Shown piece after piece: positions 9,070 through 18,400 of a stretch of DNA of 64,000 bases. The stretch is from Minisyncoccota bacterium (GTDB taxonomy: Bacteria; Patescibacteriota; Minisyncoccia; Minisyncoccales; GWA2-38-27). Made by a program: the position numbers and the translations under genes. The stretch lies in NCBI GenBank assembly GCA_028687715.1, contig JAQTZP010000004.1, positions 25,751-89,750 of the forward strand. Reading direction: 5' to 3'. Every line of letters starts with the position of its first letter. The stretch's first letter is position 1. Under the pieces are notes generated by a model that saw nothing but the letters and a program-made list of their open reading frames with translations, had not been told where the DNA came from and did not search any database.

Positions 9070-10206
9070 TCAATAAAACTCTCCTGTTAAGAATTCTCCG
9101 AACTTTTCTTTTATAGGAATGCTGAAGCAAAATACAGAGCCTTTTTTTTCCTTTGACTGAAACCAAATCCTTCCTCTGTGGGCTTCAATAATATTTTTTG
9201 AGATGTAGAGGCCGAGACCCGTTCCTTCCGTTTCTATTCTTACTATATTAGCACCGCGAAAAAACTTAGTAAATATTTTATCCTTCTGATTCTCTAAGAT
9301 GCCAAAACCATTATCCTCAATTTTTACCTCTACCTCCTTGTCATTTATTGAAAAAGAAACTATTATCTTTCCGCCCTTTTTATTATATCTTACAGCGTTA
9401 TCTAAAAGGTTTCCCACAGCAATAGCCATTTTCTCCTTATCAAGAAGAAGCTTGGGCAGTTTTTCTTCGGGCTTGTTGAATTCAAGCTTAATACCTTTAT
9501 CGTCTATCATCTTTTTATAACTCTCTATTACGGAATAAACTACTTCTTCAATATCTGAAAGAACTAATTTTGAAAGATATTTGCCTTCCTCAATCTGGGC
9601 AACGTTTAGAAGGTCATTAACCAGCCTTATCATCTTTTCATTTGTCTTATACGCTATATCAAGAGATTCCTTCTGATTTTCTGTGAGCTCTCCTATGTCT
9701 CCGTCAAGCAGCATCTTAATGGTCCACTTTACCGCCGAAGCAGGAGTTCTCAATTGATGAGCCGCCACTGTTACGAACTCGCTTTTTAACCTCTCTATCA
9801 TCTTTTGTTTGGTGATATCGTGAAGAATAACCAAAGTTCCTGTCTTCTCTCTATTAATCACAAGAGAAATGCTTGAAACCTCTATGATGAAATCCTGACT
9901 AATCTCAAGCTCTTTTTTCTCTGTTTCTTTAAAGCCTCCGCCAAAAACAGTGGTTAAAAGCTGAACCCGGGAATTGCGGCAGAGATCTAATAATGAAGTC
10001 CCTATAATATTTTTATTCTCAATATCTAAAATCTCTTGAGCTTTAGGGTTGATTAAAGAAAGCTTATTCCCTTTATCAAAAACTAAAATACCATCAGTCA
10101 GATAATAAACAATAGCCATTAAGATATTGCCGTTGTCGGGCATTACGCTCTTGGCCTTATCAATATCTAAGTTATCTCTTTTTGTTTTCTTCTTTTTCCA
10201 AAACAT
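9070..10206 (-). CDS. Sensor histidine kinase with PAS-like domain
   Basis: 378 aa. H-box VAAHQLRTP, N-box LDNAVRY and G-box GTGLGLYISK. Confidence 0.85.
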   Translation of the reverse strand: MFWKKKKTKRDNLDIDKAKSVMPDNGNILMAIVYYLTDGILVFDKGNKLSLINPKAQEILDIENKNIIGTSLLDLCRNSRVQLLTTVFGGGFKETEKKELEISQDFIIEVSSISLVINREKTGTLVILHDITKQKMIERLKSEFVTVAAHQLRTPASAVKWTIKMLLDGDIGELTENQKESLDIAYKTNEKMIRLVNDLLNVAQIEEGKYLSKLVLSDIEEVVYSVIESYKKMIDDKGIKLEFNKPEEKLPKLLLDKEKMAIAVGNLLDNAVRYNKKGGKIIVSFSINDKEVEVKIEDNGFGILENQKDKIFTKFFRGANIVRIETEGTGLGLYISKNIIEAHRGRIWFQSKEKKGSVFCFSIPIKEKFGEFLTGEFY

Positions 10207-10226
10207 ATCAGTTCTTTTTTATTATT

Positions 10227-11183
10227 CTACCATAAACTAAGATTATTTTTATTCTTCTCTTCGGTTTTGTTCTCCTTTTCTGGTTCGGGCAGACGGTTAA
10301 TCAGGCTTTTAAACTCAAATCTCTCAAATATCTCTTTGATTTTATCCCTGCTGTAATCGCCGAACTTAAATGTTTCAAGCTCAAAATCAACCAGAGCATC
10401 GCATCTTATCTCAGCAAGCATCTTGGAAACAAAAGCCTGGTCCTTGTAATCTATGAGCTTTTTCCTTACTGAAGCGTTTATAGTTTTTGACTTTTCAGTA
10501 TTTTCCTCAATCTCTTTGTAAAGATTGTCTAAAGAATTGAATTCTTTTATTAAAGATATTGCTGTTTTTTCTCCAATTCCATATACTCCCGGTATATTAT
10601 CAGAAGGGTCTCCTCTTAAAGCCTTAAAATCAACCAGCTTATCCGGCGCTAAATCATTATATCTTTCTTTAACTCTTTTTTCATCGTATAATACTGCTTC
10701 ATTTATGCCTTTTTTTAAAACATATACTTTAGTGTATCTGTCAACAAGCTGAAGGGCGTCTAAGTCTCCAGTTAAAATAATTGTTTCAAGCTCTGGGAAA
10801 ATCTGCTTTTTAGGAGCCTTTTTGGAAATCGTCCCGATAATATCATCTGCTTCATACCCCTTTTGCTCAAAAACCTGGATATTAAGCTCTTTAAGTATTT
10901 CTTTTACTTTCGGAATCTGTTCATAAAGGTTATCCGGCGCTTTAGGCCTGTTTGCTTTGTAAAGCTTGTACTTTACATGGCGGAAAGTTTCAGCCGGAAA
11001 ATCAAAAGCAGCGATGATAAAATCAGGTTTAAACTCTTTCATTGATTTTAAAAAGAACGATAAAAAACCGTAAACAGCGTTTACCAGTTCTCCTTTTTTA
11101 GTGGCAAGCGGCGGAAGAGCATGATAAGCCCTGTGGATTATGGCATTTCCGTCAATGATTATTAAGCGTTTTTTATCTTCCAT
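10227..11183 (-). CDS. 5'-3' exonuclease (FEN / Pol I N-terminal domain family)
   Basis: LIIIDGNAIIHRAYHA start and H3TH motif DNIPGVYGIGEKTA. No polymerase domain. I prefer the ATG at 11183 (MEDKKRL) over the track start at 11222, which would overlap tsaE. Confidence 0.8.
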   Translation of the reverse strand: MEDKKRLIIIDGNAIIHRAYHALPPLATKKGELVNAVYGFLSFFLKSMKEFKPDFIIAAFDFPAETFRHVKYKLYKANRPKAPDNLYEQIPKVKEILKELNIQVFEQKGYEADDIIGTISKKAPKKQIFPELETIILTGDLDALQLVDRYTKVYVLKKGINEAVLYDEKRVKERYNDLAPDKLVDFKALRGDPSDNIPGVYGIGEKTAISLIKEFNSLDNLYKEIEENTEKSKTINASVRKKLIDYKDQAFVSKMLAEIRCDALVDFELETFKFGDYSRDKIKEIFERFEFKSLINRLPEPEKENKTEEKNKNNLSLW

Positions 11184-11205
11184 AAATTTAAACCCTATTA
11201 TGATT

Positions 11206-11655
11206 CTAACATAGTTTATCAATAATTATCCTTCTTTTGTTTTCACCCATAGAATCTATTTTTATCCATATTGAATTTTTGGGCATAATCTTTTTAACCT
11301 TATCAGCCCATTCAACAGCAATTATATTCAAATGATTATGAATGATTTCTTTAAAACCTAAATCCAGAAGCTCTTTTGGGCTTTTAAGGCGATAGCAGTC
11401 AATGTGATAAAAAAATCTTCTCTTTATTTTAAACTTTCTTAAAATAACAAAAGTAGGGCTTAAAACTCTTTCTTTGACGCCTAAACCATTGGCAAAGCCC
11501 TGAAGAAAAGTGGTTTTTCCAGCGCCCAAGTCGCCTAAGAGCCCAATAACAATAGGTTTTTGGGAAGTTTTTTCGCTTAAAATCTTTTGAGCCAGCTTTC
11601 TGGCTAAATCCTTAGTTTCAATCTCTTTATATATTATATGGATTTCTTTTTTCAT
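11206..11655 (-). CDS. tsaE: tRNA t6A37 biosynthesis ATPase TsaE
   Basis: 149 aa. P-loop GDLGAGKTTF and the HIDCYRL motif typical of TsaE/YjeE. Confidence 0.8.
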   Translation of the reverse strand: MKKEIHIIYKEIETKDLARKLAQKILSEKTSQKPIVIGLLGDLGAGKTTFLQGFANGLGVKERVLSPTFVILRKFKIKRRFFYHIDCYRLKSPKELLDLGFKEIIHNHLNIIAVEWADKVKKIMPKNSIWIKIDSMGENKRRIIIDKLC

Positions 11656-11725
11656 AATTAAAAGATTGACTATTTATTTTAATTAAGCTAAATTAAACTT
11701 AATCAGTTAATTAATTTTAATACAA

Positions 11726-13042
11726 ATGGCAGAAATCAAAAAGATTACCAAGGAAATATCTATTGATGGAATTTTAGCAGATGATATAAAAAAGGAAATA
11801 GAGAGTGTTTCTGATTTTAAAGAAAAGATTAAAAAAAGCCTAAATAAAAATGTAAGCGATTTGGTTGAAATTATTTTAACAGCATCTTTTTATCTTGACG
11901 CCTCTGATATTCATTTAGAGCCGAGCCAAAAAAAAACAGACTTTAGACTAAGAATAGACGGAGTGCTTCATGATGTATTCTCTTTTTCTCCAGATGAGTA
12001 TAAAAAGCTTCTCTCAAGAATTAAGCTTCTGTCAAAATTAAAGCTTAATATAACAGCCAAGCCCCAGGACGGCCGATTTTCTGTTTTAATAAAAGACGCT
12101 TCTATTGAAATAAGGACATCGTCAATACCGGCAGAGTACGGAGAATCCCTTGTTTTAAGAATCCTAAACCCGAAATGGGTGGTGGAAATGGAGGATTTGG
12201 GCTTAAGAAAAGATTTAATGGAACTATTTAAAAAGGAAATAGAAAAACCTAATGGGATGATAGTCTGCACCGGGCCTACCGGTTCTGGAAAAACAACAAC
12301 TCTCTATGCTTTTTTAAAGAAGATTTACGTTCCCGAGATAAAAATCATTACAATTGAAGACCCTATTGAATACCATCTAAAAGGAGTTTCTCAAACTCAG
12401 GTTGACTCCTCAAGAGGATATGATTTTGCCAACGGATTAAGGGCTATAGTCCGTCAGGATCCTGATGTTATTTTAGTCGGAGAAATAAGGGATTTAGAAA
12501 CCGCTCAAATATCTCTTCAAGCCGCCTTAACCGGACACCTTGTTTTAAGCACTATTCACACCAATGACGCCTCAGGCACAATATCAAGATTTCAAGCCTT
12601 AGGGGAAAAACCCTCAAACATTGCTCCTGCCTTAAATCTTGCCATAGGCCAAAGGCTGGTTAGAAAACTCTGTCCTAAATGCCAGGTATCTAAAAAAATC
12701 AAGCCTGATGATTTTAAGAAAATAAAGAACGAGCTGAAAAACCTTCCCAAGTCAGTAGAAATCCCGAAATTAAGCCCTTCTATGAAAATAAATTATGGGA
12801 AAGGGTGCAAATACTGCAATTTTACCGGATTTAAGGGCCGGGCAGGAATCTTTGAGGCTTTTTTGATTGACAATGAAATGGAGAAATTCATTCTGTCATC
12901 TCCTTCTATAAATGAAATCAAACAAAAAGCAGTTGAAAAAGGAATGGTTCTAATGAGGCAGGATGGGTTTATAAAAGTATTATCAGGCATAACCACAATA
13001 TCTGAAATAGAAAGAGTTACCAGCGAGGAAGAATCTTTGTAA
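11726..13042 (+). CDS. GspE/PilB-family secretion or type IV pilus ATPase (short form)
   Basis: 438 aa. Walker A GPTGSGKTTT, Walker B/Asp box DPDVILVGEIRD, His box GHLVLSTIHTN, and a tetracysteine CPKC...CKYC. Confidence 0.85.
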   Translation: MAEIKKITKEISIDGILADDIKKEIESVSDFKEKIKKSLNKNVSDLVEIILTASFYLDASDIHLEPSQKKTDFRLRIDGVLHDVFSFSPDEYKKLLSRIKLLSKLKLNITAKPQDGRFSVLIKDASIEIRTSSIPAEYGESLVLRILNPKWVVEMEDLGLRKDLMELFKKEIEKPNGMIVCTGPTGSGKTTTLYAFLKKIYVPEIKIITIEDPIEYHLKGVSQTQVDSSRGYDFANGLRAIVRQDPDVILVGEIRDLETAQISLQAALTGHLVLSTIHTNDASGTISRFQALGEKPSNIAPALNLAIGQRLVRKLCPKCQVSKKIKPDDFKKIKNELKNLPKSVEIPKLSPSMKINYGKGCKYCNFTGFKGRAGIFEAFLIDNEMEKFILSSPSINEIKQKAVEKGMVLMRQDGFIKVLSGITTISEIERVTSEEESL

Positions 13043-13053
13043 AATAAAAACAA

Positions 13054-13177
13054 CCCTTAAGGTTGGGGGGTTGACTAAAGTTTTAGGAACTAAAAGTTTA
13101 GAATTTTTACCAGGATAAGCCTCGCCGAAACCAAGCTGTCCATAGAATAAAAATTCCAAACCCCCCAACCCTAAGAG
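13054..13177. repeat. Long imperfect inverted repeat / candidate structured RNA in the pilB-like/ruvB spacer
   Basis: Outer arms GGTTGGGGGG (13061-13070) and CCCCCCAACC (13161-13170), extendable to 13054/13177. Inner arms GAATTTTTA (13101-13109) and TAAAAATTC (13148-13156). Two tandem 12-nt palindromes: CTAAAGTTTTAG (13075-13086) and CTAAAAGTTTAG (13090-13101). Confidence 0.6.
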
Positions 13178-13206
13178 CTGTTCAATAACTCTAATTCTAA
13201 TACTAT

Positions 13207-14241
13207 ATGAAAAATTTGTCAAGACCACCCTTTCTTGCCGGCTCTGACGCTCTGACCGAAGAAGAAAAAAACCTTGACCTTGCCTTAAGGCCTAAAAATT
13301 GGGACAGCTATATCGGCCAGGATAAGATTAAAAGAAATATAAAGATAATAATTGAAGCTGCCAAAAAGAGAAACGAAGCGCCTGAACATCTTCTTTTTTA
13401 CGGAAACAGCGGTCTGGGAAAAACAAGCCTGGCCCATCTCATTGCCAAAGAAACAGGCTCTAATATCCGAGTCACCTCGGGTCCGGTAATAGAAAAAGCA
13501 GGAGACCTTGCTGCGATTCTAACCAATCTTTCAGAAAAAGATATTCTTTTTATTGATGAACTTCACAGGCTTAATAAGCTCTGCGAGGAAATAATATATC
13601 CTGCAATGGAGGATTATAAGTTGAATATTGTACTGGGAAAAGGACCCATGGCAAGAACAATGGAATTAAAACTCCCTCATTTTACCATAATCGGAGCCAC
13701 AACAAGACTAGGCCTTATATCAGCCCCTTTAAGAAATAGGTTCGGAGCAACCTTTCAGCTTAGCTTTTACCAAAAAGAAGATATAGAGAAGATTATAATA
13801 AATTCAAGCAGAATTCTAAACATAAAAATAGAGCCTGAAGCAGTAAAGATTATCGCCAGACGCTCCAGGCTTACCCCTCGAGCCGCCAACAGGCTATTGA
13901 AAAGAGTGAGAGACTTTGCCCAGGTTGAAGGACAGGGAATAATTACTGCCCCAAACGCTGAAAAAGCTTTAACTCAACTGGAAATAGACCAAATGGGGCT
14001 TGAATCTGGAGACAGAAAAATCTTAGAAGCAATCATTGATAAGTTTCAAGGAGGTCCTGTCGGACTCCAAACCTTGGCGGCAGCCACTTCAGAAGAAGAA
14101 GGCACTATTTTAGATATCTATGAACCCTATCTAATGCAGATAGGCTTTATTGAAAGAACTCCCAGAGGAAGAATGGCTACTAAATATGCCTATGAGCATT
14201 TTGGGATAAAATACAAAGGCCCTCAAAACTCATTGATTTAA
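13207..14241 (+). CDS. ruvB: Holliday junction DNA helicase RuvB
   Basis: 344 aa. LRPKNWDSYIGQ start, Walker A GNSGLGKTSLA and Walker B FIDELHR. Confidence 0.92.
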   Translation: MKNLSRPPFLAGSDALTEEEKNLDLALRPKNWDSYIGQDKIKRNIKIIIEAAKKRNEAPEHLLFYGNSGLGKTSLAHLIAKETGSNIRVTSGPVIEKAGDLAAILTNLSEKDILFIDELHRLNKLCEEIIYPAMEDYKLNIVLGKGPMARTMELKLPHFTIIGATTRLGLISAPLRNRFGATFQLSFYQKEDIEKIIINSSRILNIKIEPEAVKIIARRSRLTPRAANRLLKRVRDFAQVEGQGIITAPNAEKALTQLEIDQMGLESGDRKILEAIIDKFQGGPVGLQTLAAATSEEEGTILDIYEPYLMQIGFIERTPRGRMATKYAYEHFGIKYKGPQNSLI

Positions 14242-15428
14242 TGAAAAGATATCTTATTATAATAATCTTTGCCATAGCTCCTTTTGACGTCTTGGGAGCT
14301 AATTTTTTAGATGTGTCTATCAACGAAATATGCTGGATGGGAACAGAAATATCAGCCAATGATGAATGGATTGAACTTTACAATAACACCAACAACACCA
14401 TAAATCTTGAAGGATGGGTTTTAAAATCAGAGGATGACAGCCCAGAGATAAATCTAACCGGCGCTATCAATCCTTATGGCTATTATCTAATGGAAAGAAC
14501 AGACGACAATACAGTGCCTTATATATCTGCTGACGTAATTTATAAAGGAGGCTTGTCAAACAGCGGTGAAAGTTTAAAGCTCTATGACAATTCCGGAAAT
14601 CTAATTGACGAAGCTGATTGCAAAGACGGCTGGCCGGAAGGAGATAATGCTAAAAAACTAACAATGGAAAGGACAGATGATTCCAACTGGCAGACAAGCC
14701 AGAATACAAATGGAACCCCAAAAGCAAAAAACAGCCAGAAAGAAATAAATGCAGAGACTATAACTCCAAACAATTTGGAACAAATAACCGATATGCCGAT
14801 CATAAGGGAAGAAACCGAAACAACTTACCCGGGCGGAATATTATTTAATGAAATTCTTCCATCTCCTGAAGGAAAAGATGATACCGAAGAATGGATTGAA
14901 ATATTCAATCAGAATAACTTTGAAGTAAGCCTTTACAACTGGAAAATAAAAGACAATGAAGGGAAAACTACCGAATATATCTTTGACAGCGAATCAAAGA
15001 TATCTCCTTTGGGATATCTAGTATTGAAAAGACCTAAAACAAAAATCATCTTAAACAATGACATTGATAATCTTGTTCTCATCAACCCAATTAATGAAAT
15101 TATAGACTCTGTATCTTATGAAAAAGCGCCCCAGGGGAAATCATACAACAGAGTTTCATCTAACTGGATCTGGAGCAAGAGCCTGACTCCTGGCTCAAAA
15201 AATATCATTGTGAATGAAGAAAAAAGCACTGATTCTTTAAATAAAACTCTAGATAAAAAAGAGTTTGAGTCAAGTAATAATGATAATAAAACTGCTGAGA
15301 TAAAAGAGAAGCTAATGCCCTATGTTTCCAATAAATTTAGCTTTCTAATTGCTTTTTTAACTGCGCTCTTTTCAGCAGTGATAATTATATTTCTTAAGAA
15401 AAGCCTCTCTAAGCGTGAAGATATTTAA
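14241..15428 (+). CDS. Lamin-tail-domain (LTD) protein, two LTD repeats, C-terminal membrane anchor
   Basis: 395 aa. N-terminal signal-like segment. Two LTD-like segments: INEICWMG...DEWIELYN...W.L and FNEILPSP...EEWIEIFN...WKI. C-terminal hydrophobic helix. The start overlaps the ruvB stop (TAATG). Confidence 0.7.
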   Translation: MKRYLIIIIFAIAPFDVLGANFLDVSINEICWMGTEISANDEWIELYNNTNNTINLEGWVLKSEDDSPEINLTGAINPYGYYLMERTDDNTVPYISADVIYKGGLSNSGESLKLYDNSGNLIDEADCKDGWPEGDNAKKLTMERTDDSNWQTSQNTNGTPKAKNSQKEINAETITPNNLEQITDMPIIREETETTYPGGILFNEILPSPEGKDDTEEWIEIFNQNNFEVSLYNWKIKDNEGKTTEYIFDSESKISPLGYLVLKRPKTKIILNNDIDNLVLINPINEIIDSVSYEKAPQGKSYNRVSSNWIWSKSLTPGSKNIIVNEEKSTDSLNKTLDKKEFESSNNDNKTAEIKEKLMPYVSNKFSFLIAFLTALFSAVIIIFLKKSLSKREDI

Positions 15429-15442
15429 AATCAGTTAAAAAA

Positions 15443-15473
15443 AGACCCGGGCACTTCAACTCGGGTCTTTTAT
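15443..15473. terminator. Bidirectional intrinsic terminator between convergent genes
   Basis: Stem AGACCCG (15443-15449) / CGGGTCT (15462-15468), flanked by an A-run upstream and a T-run downstream. Confidence 0.6.
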
Positions 15474-15492
15474 TTTAAACCTTTGATTAATC

Positions 15493-18400
15493 TTAAAAAG
15501 GAGGTATTTCAATCCATTCTGGAGGAAGAAGAGTCATTCCTATAGGTACATCAATAGCCAGAGAGCAATCCCTGGACAAAGAATCGGTAACCATTAGAAC
15601 AACCTCTTTGGAACCTTCGGAATTAAACTTAATATTTGCGGGATTAGGACTAGTAGAACTCGCAGGAGTTCCGCTTTCAAAAGTCCATAAATAATTACAA
15701 GGACCTGAAGGACAAGTAGTTCCTGCGCTGAAAAAATCAGTATTTTCACCAACATTAGGATTTGAAGGATCCCAGGTAAATGAGGGACAGGGATATTCAG
15801 CTATCGAAGGAATGGTTGAGCTTGCCCAAGGAGAGTCTATAGGTCCGTTAGTATCCCAAACCATTACTCTCCAGTAATAATTAGTGCTGAAATTAATAGA
15901 TTGAGTAGCATAAGAATTTGAACTGCTTTGTACTTTATTGGTGTCAATTATTAGGTTGTTAAAACCCTCGTCAGTTGCAACCTGAACCTGATAGGCTGAT
16001 TGAAGATCGCCTTCGTCAGGATCAGAATATGTCCAAGAAAAAGCTACTGAAGGAACAGCATCGCAACAATCGGTAGCGCTGGGATTAAAGCTGATATTAG
16101 AAGGAGCATTAGGAGGATTATTAGACGGCTCTCCTTCACATCTACAATTTATACATTGCTGATATGGAAAACATAGATTTAAGCCCGGCTCTCCGCACTC
16201 CTCACCTGCATCTCTTATTCCGTCTCCGCAGCAGCAGTCTTCATCGCTAGAACACTCATCAGGAAGCTGTGATTTTGCTGATAATAAACATGCTATCATT
16301 CCGTTTGAAAAAGTACAAATTTTGCTTTTGCCTTCGCAATCTTCATAAGAGAAACATTGATTGCTTCCTTCTCCTGATACAGAAACGCAAGAATTACTGC
16401 TGTCGCATTCTAAGTGCTGTTTATCGCAGTCATTATTTGATAAACATTCATTTTTTCCCTCTCCGGGTTGAGGAACGCAAGTCGTGCCTACGCATTCATA
16501 ATGAGAGCCATCGCACCCTGAATCATCTAAGCACTTGTCTTCTCCTCCGCCTGACACAGAAACGCACCTATTGGCACTGCAGTCTAAATGTGTCTCGCCG
16601 CAATCGCTGTTTGAAAAACATTCATCAGAGCCTTCTCCTGAAACTAAATTACAGATGTTTACTCCACAAGCCCTGTGTTTATCATCTGTTCTGCAAATAG
16701 TAGAATCAGAACATTCATCTGGCCCTTGATCCATTACTGCAATGCAGTATTCAGCATAACAGATGTTATGGCTTCCCCAATCCTGGAAGCTTACTATCCC
16801 TCCCCCTTCACCAGCACAGGATTCAGGACCCTTAGAAGCAGAAGGGATTGATGAGATTTGAACGCTTGAGCCGATTTCTCCGGCTGAACCATTATTTGAA
16901 GGCGGAATGAACTTAATTGAAAAGTTTTCAGCAGAATAATTTGAACCTCCAAGCAAAGGATCTTTTGTCCTGCAGGAATTGAGTCCTGAATAAGAACAGC
17001 AATAAGGAGAATCAACAGGGCACTCAACTCCGTAATCCCAATAAGGATAAGTACCTGAATAAGCGCAGAAAGAATCAGCGCGAGGAAGATCTAGGACGGA
17101 AGCGCCCTGCAACCCACCTGCTCCCCCTGCTCCTGGGTTAAGCTGACCTTGAATAATATTTATATTAGTTAGTTGTATCGTACCGGCATTTCCTCCTTTG
17201 CCTCCAATTCCTCCGTTCCCAGGCTGATTTATGGAACTTGATTGTCCTGTTCCTCCTCTTCTGCCTATGCCGCCGCTAGCATAAAAGTTTTTTAAAATAG
17301 AGATATCAAGCGGGCTGTCTATTAAAATACTTCCTCCATCTCCGCCGCTTGCTCCTGACTGACCGCCATAGGAAGAAAAACCTGTTTGAGCAATTTCAAC
17401 TACTCCGCTTGTTCGAGATATTCCTGAGGCAACCTCTTCCGGGCTTAATACTCTTGTCTGGCAAGGAGTCTGAAGATTAGGCCCTCCTGATTTTGCTATA
17501 TTAATAAGTTCGGCTCCGCTTTTTGGATTAGTGCAGTACCAAGGATAAGAGCTGTAATCTCCGTCTCCTGTATCTCCGCCGTCTCCTCCTTTAATTTCTG
17601 CTGTAATGTTTTCAATAGGGTCATCAGTAGGCATCGGCTTTAAAGTTATATTTCCTCCAGCTCCTCCAGCGCCTGATACTTCAGCTACTTTTATCTCTTT
17701 TACTGCTTTATCTCTCCAGCCGGTTAAATCGCAGTTTCCAGTATGGTTATTGTAAATATCAAAAGGCGTTGCCATAACATTATAATCACCACTTTCTCCT
17801 CCTTTGCCCCCATTGCTTTTAAGAACTAAACTTTTAAAACAATGTATCCTGCTTGCACTTACTGTGATACTTCCTCCAATTCCTCCTGTTCCTCCTTGAC
17901 CCCCTGAACCTCTTTCATACATTGTATGAGTTACTGGTCCTTGATAGTAAATTCCGCCAACAGAGCAGTAATTACCTCCTGCGCCTATTCCTCCTCGAGA
18001 ACCATTCCCGCCGTTAGACTTCAAATCAAGAATATTAGTTCCTGACGCCCACTGGATCCTTGGACTTGTAACTGATATGTTTCCTCCATTTCCTCCAGAA
18101 ACTCCGTCTTGACCATCTGTTCCGTTGTAATATTCATGGGTTTGTTCTCTACAAAACGCATCTGTATCAGAAATAAAACTTCCAGTTGCAGGATCTAGAC
18201 TCACCCCTTCTTTTAAATACCATAAAGAGCCGTAGGGGCTTGGGTCTGAAGGAGTAAAACCAGAAGTATCTGCTATAAGGGAACGGCCCCAACCATTTGG
18301 CGCTGTTCCTTCTATCCTATAATTTGAAACTAAATTAACATCCCCCCCGTTGGGAGCAAAAGCATATCTGGCCCTGGCATAAATAGGGTTTTCTATTAAA

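Noticed and set aside
13054-13177. Calling the inverted-repeat element a 4.5S/SRP RNA gene.
   Set aside because: Length, G-run/C-run ends and a TTTACCAGG string are suggestive. However, I could not locate the conserved helix-8 features (GNAR tetraloop closed by a G-C stem, AGCA symmetric loop). It is left as an untyped structured element pending cmsearch.
12983-13228. The 81-aa minus-strand ORF spanning the pilB-like/ruvB spacer.
   Set aside because: It overlaps the ends of two well-supported genes and reads through the inverted repeat. There is no motif or start-context support.
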